Shown here: in pieces, positions 24,717-37,440 of the stretch
Numbering within the stretch: position 1 is the first letter of the stretch
Layout: the number at the start of each line of letters is the position of its first letter
Assembly (NCBI GenBank): GCA_009914755.4
Contig: CP068257.2
Span: 42,784,001-42,848,000, forward strand
Source: the human T2T-CHM13v2.0 reference genome, Homo sapiens
Direction of reading: 5' to 3'
Length of the DNA stretch: 64,000 nucleotides
Translations under genes and position numbers: made by a program
Notes under the pieces: generated by a model
What the model saw: the letters and a program-made list of their open reading frames with translations, nothing else
What the model was told of the DNA's origin: nothing
Database searches by the model: none

Positions 24717-27700
24717 GCACAAGGAGAAGAGGGCAGAACTGGAATGTAGGCAGTGGAGATTGCGGTTGCCCTGTGGGCATGTGTACATGCGTGTGTATAC
24801 CTACAGATATGGATGTCTGTGTGCCTGTCTGCATTTATATGTACACGTATCTTGATGGATTATGGATTATTACATATTGTGCATATAACTCGTGTAATAT
24901 GCATGAACACACATGAACGATACGTGAGCAAACACTATGGATCCATATAGTGTGTGATTCTGCACCTGCTCTGCTGCAAACAGGTCCTGAGGAGACACTT
25001 CATCTTCAGACACATCTGCATGTGCAGACGGAACATGAACAGTCTCGTAGAGAGGGGGCCCCAGCAAGTTTCCAAAGCACCCCCACCCTGCTGGAAACAC
25101 TCTCCAGCCACAACCTCAGGAGAGTCATGCTAGGACGCGGGGGGCGTGCCGTGAGAGGACAGCAGGCGTGAGTGGATCTCCAGGCACCCTCGGACCCTAA
25201 GCGCCCAGCCCTGGCCAGCTCAGCAATGGCACTGTCGGCCGGCCAGCGGGCCCCACTGGGAATGCAGCCCTCCTTGCCCTTTGCCCTCTGTGAGGGGCTT
25301 CTGTCCTCACCATCAGATTGTGACAGGAGGCCTCACCTCCTTCTGTTTCCCAGGCTGGGTGATCATGGGGAGGGCAGGGCCACTGGGAGAGTGGAGGCTG
25401 TCCTGCGACTCAGCCACAGGGATTTGGGGGAAGGAAGTGAGGACTTTGAGCTGGGCATGCTGTCCTCCCTAACAAAGCAGGGATTCTCTCCGGAGAGCCA
25501 GAGGGGCTAAAGCAGCTTCCCCCAGAACCCCCCTCACATTGCCTCCAGCTGGGACGCCCTGCAGGTCCAGTGGGGGAGAAATGAGACATGAGAGAGAACG
25601 AGAGGGTGTGTGCCACCCAGCAGGCGCGTCTCTCTGAGAGAATGAGAGGGTGCAGGCCACCCAGTGGGTGCCTCTCTCTGGCGTGGCTGGAGGGCTTTCA
25701 AAGGAACATTCATAACCTTAAATGCACTTGTTTGGAAATAAAAAGACTGAAATAGATGGTCTAAGTTTCTGACTCAAGAGGCTAAAAAAATAGCTACAAA
25801 ATAAATCCAGAGGTGAAGATGAAGACAATGTCGGATTTTAATGAAATAGGAAAAAATAAAGAACTGGTGTGATAAATATATTCAAAAACCAGTTCTTGGA
25901 AGATATCAACAAAAACGACAAAGCTTAGACGACTCAGAGCAAGGGAAAGCCAGAGATCGGGGTGGGTGTGGCGTGCAGGAGAGCCCACAACAAGGGGGGG
26001 TTCCAGAATCCAAGGGAGGACCCCGGGAAATGGGACAGGCTGGGAGCCAGGGGCGAGGAGGTGGCTCAGGTGGCTAGGGGGCCTTTGGGGAAGGATGGCC
26101 TGGCTGCACAGACCGTGCTCGCTGGCCCAGGAGGGAACATAACCGGTCCAGATTTTCAAGATTGACAGAGAAATCCAGGAATTCAGGGAGCTTAGGGGAA
26201 GGCTCGGTCTGGCCAAAGCCACTGAGGACCAATTGGCTGAAAGGCAATTCATGAGGGCGGACGCCCTGGAGAGTGTGGCTGCTCCAGCCCAGCCCTCGTG
26301 GACTCCTCTTGGCAGCCCTGGCCCTCACCACGGTGCTGCCCCTGCCCTGCCTGTGAGATGGCCGGGGGCTCTGTCTGAGGGTCCCCACGCTGAGTGAGGG
26401 GCAGGGGCTGGGTCAGGAGGGACGAGTGTGGAGGCAGGGCAGCAGAGGGCCCCGGAGGGCAGCAGGGTGGTCAGCCTGCACCCAGCGGCTGGCCGTGGCA
26501 GTGGGGCAGGGCTCATCCGAGGCCGCTCTGTCTCTCTGAGTGTGGGGTGGGCAACCCCGGCTCCTTCACCCAAGATGTTTTATTCATTTGCCTGATGGCA
26601 TCCCAGCCCCGTGGAGGCTGCAAGTGCAGCTCCTCCACGCCAGTCCCCAGCGAGACGCACTCAGACCTCTCCTGGCCAGATGCCCTCGCGGCTGGGAGAG
26701 TGATTAACCAGCTGGAGCAGCTGCATTTTACCCCCAGACCACAAGGCTGGATCCTGGGCAGATAAGGGAGTGAGATGCTCAGCCCTCAACTCAATCACAG
26801 CCATGAGGGAGGCCACAGCGCTCAGACCAGGGAGGCAGGAGGAGGCTTCTGGTGTTTTTGAGAGCACAGGCTGTGTGCAGGGCCCTTGGAGACGGCTGAC
26901 GTCTTCACCAAATGGGGCAGGCCACACACGCAGAACCCAGGCGACCCAAAGAAGGCACTCACCACGTGGCTTCAGGCAAGTGCCCCTGACTCAACAATCG
27001 GTCAATCAGTGCATACACTGTGAACACCGGGAAGAGTCTGTGACCGGCGAGCACGCCGCACATCTGCCTTGTCTTGACGGTGGCATCACCCACACTTAGT
27101 CATGCACACACCTCTTAGGCGTGAGCAGCTGATGGGTTACTGATGTCAGCAACCAGCACCCAGTCATCTCCAGCCCCCAGAGCCCTGGAGCCCCTGCATT
27201 GTTGTCCCCATGCTTCTGACCTCCTCACCCCCCACGAGTCTCCTCTGCTCTTGAACCTCCCCAGTCGGAACCTGGCCAGGTGTCCTTTGCATGCCTGGCC
27301 TCCTTCACTCTTGGTAACGTCTGCGGATTCATTCCTGTCTACGCTGCAGTGTTCAGTGGCAACTGCATGAATTCACTGAAAATATACTGTAACGTTTGGG
27401 TTTGGCTGTGGCATCTCTTCCACTTTTAACATACCAACTTCACAGCTCACATTATTTTAATCCCTTTAAAAGATAATTGATTTAAAGCAAAAATCATAAC
27501 AATGTGTTGTGGGGTTTATGACACACGAGAAGGTGTGATGGTGATGGTGTAGGGTCCAGGTGAGGGTGGGGGCACCCCGCTGTGGGGATCTTACAGTGTG
27601 CCTGACCGGCTGGCACAGGAGAAGCCGGGACAGGAGAAGCCGGAGGTAGGTCACTCTCCACCCTGGGGCAGCCACTGACAGCAGAGTCGCTGCGGAGGGG

Positions 27701-28569
27701 CCAGGCGGGGAACACACACGGAATCCTAAGGAAAACCTGAGGCTGGAAGAGAGGACAGAGGAACAGGGCTGTGTGGAGCGGCCAGGGAAGAATCAGCACA
27801 CACCGGGCCCGGCCAGAGCGCTCGTCACCTCAAAACAAGGTCATCAAAGCCAGAATCACCCCAGCAAAACAGCGCAAGCTGGACCGCTGCCCTCACTCAG
27901 CTTCTACAGTTTCTCTGCTCGTGTTCTTTGTCCCTTCCAGGATTCCACGCTGCTTTTAGCTGTCACTTCTCCTGTCTTCTGTTGCCTTCCATGAGCTTTT
28001 TGCCTTTGAGTGCACTGACCAGTCACTTTGTATGGTGTCTCTCAGTTTGGGTGTGCCCAGGATGTTCTCACGATCGGAATGCGGAGATGCATTTTTGGCA
28101 GGAATATCGCAGAAGTGACGTCCTTCTCAGGTTGTTGTATCAAAGGTACGTGATGCCAATCTACCTTGCCACTGATGGCCCGAGCTTTGTCACATAGATA
28201 AGGTGGTTTCTGCACTGAAAAGCTGTTATTACTTTTTTAGGTTAATAAATATGTCAAAGCAGATACTTTGATCCTATGGAAATCTCCAATGAAGCTAATT
28301 TAAGTATAAGACACACTAGGTAAAAAGTAACAAGGTAAAAGAAGATATCCCATGCTAAACTAATCAAAGGAAAGCAGGAGTCAATTTCAAGTCAGAGTCT
28401 AGGGATAAAGAGGGTCATTTCATGATGACACAGGGGTCAACCAGTCAGGAGCATGCACGATGTGAGCACAGAGTCTCAAAACACATGAAGCAAAAGCTGA
28501 TAGAGCTGCAAGGAAAAATTACAGACAAATCTGCAATTACAGTCAGAGGTTTCAACACCGCTATCAAGA

Positions 28570-28785
28570 ATTTGTTTGTTTGAGACAGGGTCTTGCTCTG
28601 CCACCCAGGCTCAAATGCAATGGCACAATCACGGCTCACTGCAGCCTTGACTTCCTGGGCTCAAGAAATCCTCCTGCCTCAGCCTCCCAAGTAGCTAGGA
28701 TTGCAGGCATGCGCTGCCATGGATGGGTGAGTTTTTGATTTTTTGTAGAGATGGTGTCTCACTTTGTTGCCCAGGCTGGTCTCTC
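28570..28785 (-). mobile_element. truncated Alu
   Basis: Partial Alu consensus. Confidence 0.75.
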
Positions 28786-28789
28786 AATA

Positions 28790-31330
28790 ATTAGCAGAGC
28801 AAGTAGACAGAAAGTGGATGATAATATGGGCTACTCAAATAACACAGTCATTGCCGTTTATAGGACACCTCGTGGAGCAACAGTACACAAATTCAAGTGC
28901 GCATGCAACAACCGCCAACCATAATCGGGGCCATGAAAGAGTCTCAATAAATTTAAAAGGATCCGAAACATAGAATATGTCCTCTGACAACAATGGCTTT
29001 AAAGTAATGATCAACAGCAGAAAGAGCTCTGGAAAATGCACAGATATGTGGAAGTGAAATAGCATAGCTCTAAACTCATGGGTCAAAAAGGAAATCAAAG
29101 GGAAAATTATAAATTATTTTCAACTTAATGAAAACAAAAATACAACATATCAAAATTTCTGGGATGCAGTTAAAGGTGGACTTAGAGGGAAATTTATAGT
29201 ACTGAATGCTTGTACAGATCAGTGACCCCAGCTTCCACCTTAAGAGACCTAAAAAAGAAGAGAAAGTCAAACCCAATGTAAGCAAAAGAGGCTGGGTGCA
29301 GTGGTTCATGCCTGTAATCCCAGCACTTTGGGAGGCCGAGGTGGGTGGATAACCTGAGGTCAGGAGTTCGAGACAAGCCTGGTCAACATGGTGAAACCCC
29401 ATCTCTACTAAAAATATACAAAAATTAGCTGGGCATGGTGGCACATGCCTGTAATCCCAGCTACTCAGGAGGCTGAGGCAGGAGAATCACTTGAACCCGG
29501 AAGATGGAGTTTGCAGTGAGCCGAGATTGCCCCCACTGAACTCCAGCTTGGGCAACAAGGCAAGACTCTGTCTCAAAAACAAAAACAAAAACAAAAACAA
29601 ACAAACAAAAAAACAAGCAAAAGAAAGAATAAAGAGTGGAAGTCAATGAAAAAAAAGTGCATCAACGAAACCAAAAAGCTATTTCTTTGAGAAGATCAAT
29701 ACAATTGATAAACTGCTATCTGATTGTTCAGTTAAAAAAAAAGCCACAATTGCCAGTATCAGAAATGAGAAAGATGACATCACCTCATACTTCACAGATG
29801 TTGAAAGGATAAAGGAATATTATGAACAACTTTATGCTAATAAATTCAACAACTTATATGCGATGGGCAATTTCTTGAGCGATACAAACTACATACATTC
29901 AGTCAAGAATAAAATAAACTCAGCAGTTGTATATCCATTAAATAATTCAACCACATATAAAAATGATAATACATCATGACCACGTGGGCTTTATCCCAAG
30001 AACACAAGATTGATTTAACACTTTAAAATCAATCATTATACTCTATCATATTAATAGATCATCACGCAAAAAGATTCTCAATAGATGCAGAAAAAACAAA
30101 ATCCAACTTTCATTCCTGATTAAAAAGACTCTCAGCAAACAAGAGAAAGGATAGTCTTTTCAACAGTCTGGAAAAAACTGATTATCCACATACACAAAAA
30201 ATAAACATTGAATCATATCTCATACTATAAACCCAAATAAACTTAAAATAGGTAATAGACCCAAATGCAAACCTTTAAAACTCTAAAACCCTTGTGACTT
30301 TGGGTGAGGCAAAGATTTCTTATATATGACACCAAAAGCAGGATCCATAAAAGAAAAACATAAATTGGATTTCCTCAAAATTAAAAAATTCTGCTCTTTG
30401 AAAAACTGTTAAGAGAATGAACACACAATCCAAAGGCTTGGAGAAAGCATTTACAGATCACATATCTGATAAAGGACTTGTATCCAGAATATGCAACAAA
30501 CTCCCAAACTCAATAATAAGAAAATAAACAACCCAATTAAAAGTGAGTAAAAGATTTGAACTCAACGCTTACTACAGGAGATGGAGAATAAACAGATGAA
30601 ATGATGCTCAACATCATTGGCCAACAGGGAAACGCAAATTAAAACCACAGTTCCATCTATCACCACACACCTATTAGAGTATTTGAAATTAAAAAGACAA
30701 ACCATACCAAGTGCTGGGGAGGATGTGGAATGTAAAACCATACAATCGCTTTGGCAGTTTCTTAAAAAGTTTCACATATGGCTACCGTGGCATCCAGCCA
30801 CTCCACTCCTAGACATCTATTCAAGAGAAAGAAAAGCATTCATCCAAAGACTTGTGCACAATGTTCGGATCAGCTTTATCTGTAAGAGCCAACACCAGAA
30901 ACAACCCAAATGCCCACCAGCAGGTGAATGGACACAAACTGTGGTACATTCATACACTGGAGTACCATGCAGCTGTAAAAGAAATACGCATTGACAAACC
31001 AAATGACGCAGGCAAATCTCAAAAATAATTGTGCTGAGTGAAAGAAGCTACACAAAAAGTACATATTATATGATTCCATTTGTGCAAATCATAGGAAATG
31101 CAAAGTAATCAGTAGTGACAGAATGCAGATCAGTGCTTGCCTGGGGATGAGGGAGGGCAGGGAGAGATGACCAAGAGGGAACCCGGGGTGTTCACTATGC
31201 TGATTGTGGTGATGGTTTCACAGGAGTATCCGAGTGTTAAAACGTACCAAATTGAAATATGTGGCTTACCGTCTGTCAATTACACCACAATAAGGCTACT
31301 TTTTGAAAACCATGAGGATGGCTCAGGTCC
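28790..31330 (+). mobile_element. old L1 (LINE-1) 3' portion (ORF2 RT/C-terminal region plus 3' UTR), interrupted by an Alu at 29283-29600
   Basis: Degenerate L1 ORF2 translations are present: …NENKNTTYQNFWDAVK…, …YNEQLYANKFNNL…, and ORF 30617-30994 MANRETQIKTTVPSITTHLLEYLKLKRQ…LLDIYSRE…. These align to the L1 ORF2 C-terminus ([20 protein letters not shown]…LLGIYPKD). Confidence 0.85.
29283..29600 (+). mobile_element. Alu nested in the old L1
   Basis: Alu consensus followed by a (CAAAAA)n tail. Confidence 0.9.
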
Positions 31331-31449
31331 GGCTCAAATGCCCCCACCCTGCGTTCCTTCCTTGGGATGTCAGACGCTGGAGCTGGAGCAGAAGGGGACC
31401 TAGATGGGCGGAGATCTAGCCCTACTCACCCACTGGCCACGGGGTAGGC

Positions 31450-32720
31450 GAGGGACGCTCAGCAGGGGCTTCCCGCAGACCCAGGGTCTTCAAGCCCCAG
31501 AAGTCCTGATGCCAGAGGGAAGAGGGGATTTGCCCAGAGTGAGGGGCAGGGGCTGGACCCACAGCCCCTCCCGGCGCGCAGACCCCGCCCCCACCCATAA
31601 CCACGCCCTCAGCCCCCACCACCTCGTCCTCAGCCCCACAACCACGCCCCCAGCATGCCACAATTACTCCCACAACCCGCCCACAGCCCCTGCGACCTGG
31701 GTCTTAGTACCAGCTCCATCTAAAGCCGCACCACCGGCCCCTCCCATGCCCCTCCCATGCCCCTCCCCCATCTCTTCCAGGCCCCGCCCTGCCGCAGAAC
31801 CCGCCCTCAAGCCCCGCCCCCGCCTAACCACAAATCCCGTTCCGGTCTCCTTACATGCCCCGCCCCTTCCCCGCCCCCGCGGGGAATCGACACAGCCTGT
31901 CTCCGCCTTTCGCCCCGCCCCCTCCAGGCCCCGCCCCACCCCGCCCCTCGCCCGCGCAGGCCGGAGTCGCGGCCTCCCCAGCTAGTGGTCGCGGGCGCGG
32001 TCGCAGGGGCAGCGGGGTGGCCGCCGCGCCAGGCGTGGAGCTGGGTCTGGCGGGCTCCGAGAGGCCCGGGAGCGGCGCGCAGAGCAGCCTCCGGCCGCCG
32101 CCGCGCAGGTAAAGCCCCCGCCCAGCCCTGGGAGCGTGGATTCCCACCCACCCCATGACCATCCCCCCGCCGCGAGTGCTGGGGTCTCGGGGGTCCCAGG
32201 TTCCGGGGGTCCTAGGGCCGGAGGGTCTAAAGGCTGGAGGTCCTGGGGGTCCGAGCCTCTCCCGGCCGGCTCCGCGCGCGGCCCCGCCGTCCACGCCCAG
32301 CGCGGGCCGCGCGCACAGGGCTTGGCTTCTCTGTTTTCTCGGTTTCCTTCTTCAGGCAGTTGAAAGAAAAGGCGCGGTTCTGTGCCCGGTGCGAGCCGCG
32401 GCTCCTTTAGGGCTGGCAGGGAAGGGCTTGCTGGGTTATGACAGTTTTTAGGGGTTGTCGGAGTCAGCCAGGCGTTGGCTGCTGGAGTAGCCCCTGGCGC
32501 GCGAGCGCCCGCTGGTGCCCGGCCACGTGCCCAGCTTGACCCGCGCTCCAGGTTCGGGAGAAGCTGCAGCCGTCACCGTCCTCCTGGCGTCCACCCTGAG
32601 GAGGGAGGGGCTGGGTGGTCCAAGCCGCCGCCACTCCGCCGCCCGGCCTTTGGTCCCCAGCGGTGCTGTAGGTGGCCAGGGGTGGCCGCAGTGACCACCC
32701 ACTGGGCCATGCGGAGCCCC
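31450..32720. promoter_or_regulatory. LRRC3: CpG island / TATA-less GC-box-rich promoter of LRRC3
   Basis: CpG density is very high. There are more than 10 Sp1-type GC boxes (ccccgcccc) between 31560 and 31950. It lies immediately upstream of, and overlaps, the non-coding first exon. Confidence 0.75.
31950..32108 (+). other. LRRC3: LRRC3 non-coding first exon (5' UTR); TSS position approximate
   Basis: A strong donor ccgcgcag|gtaaag at 32108/32109 is paired with the acceptor ccccag|GTCAGG at 33086/33087, which sits 11 nt upstream of the LRRC3 ATG. The upstream TSS cannot be fixed from sequence alone. Confidence 0.5.
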
Positions 32721-33097
32721 CTGGCAGTGCCAGCTCCCTGCACTTGTGGGACGCTCCTCCCGGGCGCATTGGGAGTCTCCAGAAGTAAGTTACAGGCAGA
32801 GCTGTTTAAGGAGGCGTGCTCCCCACCCCAGACCCTTCAGTGGGCCCTCAACACCCTCCCCACCAGTGGACGCGTTTCCCAGGTGACCGCAGCCGGCAGT
32901 GCTGACCACCCTCCCTCCCTCTCCGCTCCCTCCTGCGTCTTCCCTTTCAGAGCTGCCAGAGTGGACTGCACTGCTTCTCCCAGCGGGGCAGGATGGCGGT
33001 TTCATGTCTGGTTGGATAAGGCCTTGCCTGCGGAAACCAGCTCCATCCCCAGGCCCTAGCAGAGGCTCGCGTGTCCCCGTCCCCAGGTCAGGTCAGG

Positions 33098-33871
33098 ATG
33101 GGCACCGTGCGCCCACCTCGCCCCTCGCTCCTGCTGGTCTCCACCCGGGAGTCTTGTCTCTTCCTCCTCTTCTGCCTGCACCTGGGCGCCGCCTGCCCAC
33201 AGCCCTGCCGGTGCCCTGACCACGCAGGGGCTGTGGCTGTCTTCTGCAGCTTGCGGGGCCTTCAGGAGGTCCCCGAGGACATCCCGGCCAACACCGTGCT
33301 CCTGAAGCTCGATGCCAACAAGATCTCCCACCTCCCGGACGGGGCCTTCCAGCACCTGCACCGGCTCAGGGAGCTGGATCTGTCTCACAACGCCATCGAG
33401 GCCATCGGCTCCGCCACCTTCGCGGGCCTGGCCGGGGGCCTGCGGCTGCTGGACCTGTCTTACAACCGCATCCAGAGGATCCCCAAGGACGCCCTGGGCA
33501 AACTCAGCGCCAAGATACGCCTGTCCCACAACCCCCTGCACTGCGAGTGCGCCCTGCAGGAGGCCCTGTGGGAGCTGAAGCTGGACCCCGACTCTGTGGA
33601 CGAGATCGCCTGCCACACCTCAGTGCAGGAGGAGTTTGTGGGGAAGCCTCTGGTTCAGGCTCTGGATGCGGGTGCCAGCCTCTGCAGCGTCCCCCACAGG
33701 ACCACAGACGTGGCCATGCTGGTCACCATGTTCGGCTGGTTCGCCATGGTGATCGCCTACGTCGTGTACTATGTGCGCCACAACCAGGAGGATGCCCGGA
33801 GGCACCTGGAGTACCTGAAGTCTCTGCCCAGCGCCCCCGCCTCCAAGGACCCCATCGGCCCGGGGCCCTAG
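33098..33871 (+). CDS. LRRC3: LRRC3, leucine-rich repeat-containing protein 3, complete 257-aa CDS in one exon (signal peptide, LRRNT CPQPCRC, LRRs, LRRCT, TM helix VAMLVTMFGWFAMVIAYVVYYV)
   Basis: The ORF MGTVRPPRPSLLLVSTRESCLFLLFCLHLGAACPQPCRCPDHAGAV…KDPIGPGP* matches human LRRC3. The upstream in-frame ATG at 33071 lies before the splice acceptor at 33087, so the true start is 33098. Confidence 0.93.
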   Translation: MGTVRPPRPSLLLVSTRESCLFLLFCLHLGAACPQPCRCPDHAGAVAVFCSLRGLQEVPEDIPANTVLLKLDANKISHLPDGAFQHLHRLRELDLSHNAIEAIGSATFAGLAGGLRLLDLSYNRIQRIPKDALGKLSAKIRLSHNPLHCECALQEALWELKLDPDSVDEIACHTSVQEEFVGKPLVQALDAGASLCSVPHRTTDVAMLVTMFGWFAMVIAYVVYYVRHNQEDARRHLEYLKSLPSAPASKDPIGPGP

Positions 33872-34656
33872 CGCCTGTTCCGGCAGACCCCCGCCGGTGG
33901 CTGCTGTCACTTTTGTAGTAGGTGGTGACTGATGCTGCTTTTGCTCTTCCCTGAGGCAGGTGTCACAGCCATGTGTGCTCCCCACTGTTGCACTCAGGCA
34001 CAGCAGCACCTCCAGGCTGGGTGGTTTTGCCACACATCCGTGTGACGGATGAGGAACCTGAAGCTTAGAGGAACGGAATGACTGCCCGTGACGATACCAT
34101 CAGGAAATTATCCCAGTGGAACTTCAACCCGGGCTGTCCATCGTGACATTCCGCCTCCTTCCACCATGCCAGCCTCTCCCACACGGGGCCCTGCAGGCTG
34201 TGGATATGCACTCAGAGGACTAAGGGGGTGCTCTGCAAGCGAGAGGGTTCACCAGAGGGAGCTTGGGTGCAGGTTCACCCGCTGAAGGCGCTGATAAGTC
34301 CTGTGCTGAGGAGCTGACTTGCCCTTGTTTACTTACAAAGTGCATTGTAGGTAAACATGAGCCTTGTTCCAGTGTTCGAAGTACATTGGAACGTAAGCCC
34401 TGTTTCCAGAGCAAAGTAACAGAGACCAGGTTTTTCTAGAGAGCTAAGTGGGATGTGTAGCTCAAACAAACTGTCCTACCCTTTTTTATTCTCAAATGTT
34501 TGTTTTGAGTAACCGTAGTGCCAAAATTTCAGTTCAGTAATGGGGTGAACAATATGGAGAGAGACCTGGGAAAAGTCCAGGGTAGCTTGCCCAGGGGAAG
34601 ACAGCAGCCACATACCTGGGGGCCCGCCTGCTTCCTGCCCCTCTGGGTGTGCCTGA

Positions 34657-34947
<291 letters not shown>

Positions 34948-37189
34948 TAAAACAGCTCTTTTTCCAAGGCCCGGAGTACTGGGGATTGATGTTTCAAGGC
35001 CAATCAATGGGATGCTTCGTTTTCTCCAGCAACAGGAACTCTCTCTTTTCACCTTTGCTGCCAGGAATCTCAGAGATAATTTAGTGCTCAATTTACTAAC
35101 CTTACTTCACATTCAGGTTAGATGTTACCTCCACCTATATGATAGTAATTCCTAATTTTATTTTTTATTGTCCTTTTTATGAGTGTTTATATTTTAAAGT
35201 ACTTTGAGTATTTTTGGGGGGGGTGTAAATGAGTGATCAGTGTACATTGTGTGTGGACTGAAGTGTAGGTATGTAGAGATGCTTCGCCAAACAGATGCTT
35301 AAAAATGAATGGAAGTTGAGGGTGGTTTCTCTTTGGAAAGTATCAGGTGACTTGGAAGGTGAGAGCCTGTCCAGGGTGTGTGCACTGGTTCTGAGGTACC
35401 CCGTGTGTGCAGTGTGAGTCACGGGGGTGTCTGTGTTGTGAGGTGCTTGGTAGGCTTTGCTCTGCCCACAGTGCAGACGCGGGGTGGGTGAGGGGCCAGG
35501 CCCAGTGTATGAGTGGAGGCAGCCCCAGGCTCCGCCTGCTTCCCTCACGCCACGCTGCCTGAGTGTCGCCATGCTCGGAGGACAGAGACCTCCACGGAAA
35601 CTGGCAGCGCCACTCACCCTTCCAGTGAGAGCTAGAACCAAGTGCCAGCCCCCGGGGGTGCACCCGTGCTGGTGTGGGGCCACGTGGTCCTTGTGGTCCA
35701 GGCAGGGCCAGCATGTGGCGGGGTGTCCAGCTCCACTGTTTGGAGGAAGTGGGCGCTGACACAGCAGAGTGCCCTGGGCCCGTGGGGATTTCCTTCCAGA
35801 GGACACGTGGCTGAAAGCATAGGATAAGGATGTATAGGTGAATGACTGGTGCCATCCCTGGCTGTCTGATAGATGCAGGTAGGGCAGGTGAACTGTTGCT
35901 GGCCTGGCCAGCAGGCCTAGGGTCACATGGTGATTGGCGTCCTCCTGCCACCCCTTCTCCATGCCAGGGTGCCTGTGGTGGGTTTGCCCAGCACGCATGA
36001 CCCCAGGTCCCAAGGAGAGTGTGAACTGAGGCCTGGGTGGTGAAGGCAGGGCCTCTCCTCAGCCCTGTGTCCTGTGGGTGCCAGCCAGTCCCATCTCGCA
36101 TTTTGGGGTGCCCTTTCCCTGCTGCCAGGGGACTCTTCATTTGTCCTTACCCTAGAATCAGCCCAGACACTGGACATCACCCAGACGTGGCCCTTCAGGA
36201 GGTGCACAGGGCAGGGGCAGGCCCGTCCCTCCCTGCCCCAATTTGCTGGGCTGCCTCAGCCCAGGGTCTGGCCTTCTCCTTGGTGAAGGTCTGCTGGGCC
36301 CCTGTCCACCTCCTGCTGGGAGGAGGAGATGGGGAGAGGACCAGGAGGACACCGGAGGCCCTGTCCCCTGCACTGTGAGCTCAGTCAGGTCCATGAGCTG
36401 CCCACCGTCCTGGCCTTACTGTGCCCCCTGCCCCACCAACATAGGTGAAAGCACCTCCCCTCTAAGGAAGACCATAGAGACCCCAACACTGTGGGACCCC
36501 AAAGCTCCTTCATGCTCACTGGAGCTCCCACCGTGGGTGCTTGCAAGTCCTCAGCGCTCCCGGGGTACAGCCCTCCCCTTCCTGCCCTCTAATGTCCTCC
36601 CCTCCCTTGCCCTTCCCTCCACTTCCTTTCTCTGCCGTCCCCTCCTCTCCCATCTTGTGACCTCTTTACTGGCGGGGCCTGGAGCCCATGATGGACACTT
36701 GCGGAAGGAGGGGTGGCGGAGCACCCCTGAGATGACATCGCTGCCTGCCCCAGAGCACCCCGCCTCTCCCTGTGACTCAGTTCTTTGCAGCCCAGATGTG
36801 AGCATGTGCACCCTGGGACCTGCTGCCCGTTGGGATGCCCAGGCCAAATCAGCCCCTCTGCCTCCATGCTGCACTGATTGCAAGAGTTTCCCACATCTGC
36901 AGAGGCCGTGGGCTCAGCCCCACACCAGCCAGGCCACCAGTGTTGATAGCGGTGAGGCGGGGACAAAGGGAATGTCTCAGTTCACAGTGTGGACATGGTG
37001 GAGGTCTCGGCCTTGCGAGACAAGGCAGGGGGAGGGGATAGGAAATTGGGGGTATTCTGTGACTCCTGGGCCACCGGGGAGCCAGAATCTTCCAGCCAGA
37101 CTGGATGGGCAGGGCTTAGCTTCCTGATGCCGCCCATTCACCACTTTCACCCCGGGAACCTACCTGGGCATCATGGGAGGCAGAGCCTG

Positions 37190-37440
37190 AACCCCAACCC
37201 AACCCTAACTCTAATGCTAACCCCTAAACCATCCCCCACCCTAACCCAATCCTCGCCCTAACCCTAATGCTAACCCCTGACCCGACCCAATCCTAACCCT
37301 GATGCTAACCCCTGACTCAACTCTCACCCTAACCCTGATGCTAACCCCTGACCCAATCCTCACCCTAACCCTGATACTAACCCTTAACCTAACCCAACCC
37401 AGCCCTAACTCCAACTCTAAAGCTAACTCCTAACCCTAGG
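37190..37440. repeat. degenerate telomere-like minisatellite (~35-bp unit ccctaaccctgatgctaacccctgacccaatcctca containing CCCTAA-like hexamers)
   Basis: Tandem repetition with many aaccct or ccctaa cores. Confidence 0.8.

Noticed and set aside
33071-33097. Upstream in-frame ATG (MSPSPGQVR-) extending the LRRC3 ORF by 9 codons
   Set aside because: The ATG lies upstream of the exon 2 splice acceptor at 33086/33087, in intron sequence. The mature mRNA start codon is the ATG at 33098, giving the 257-aa protein.
35237-36140. Minus-strand ORFs of 258 aa and 265 aa downstream of LRRC3
   Set aside because: Same reasoning: GC-rich, low-complexity, no domain, no splice or start support. They most likely lie within or near the LRRC3 3' UTR or flanking sequence.
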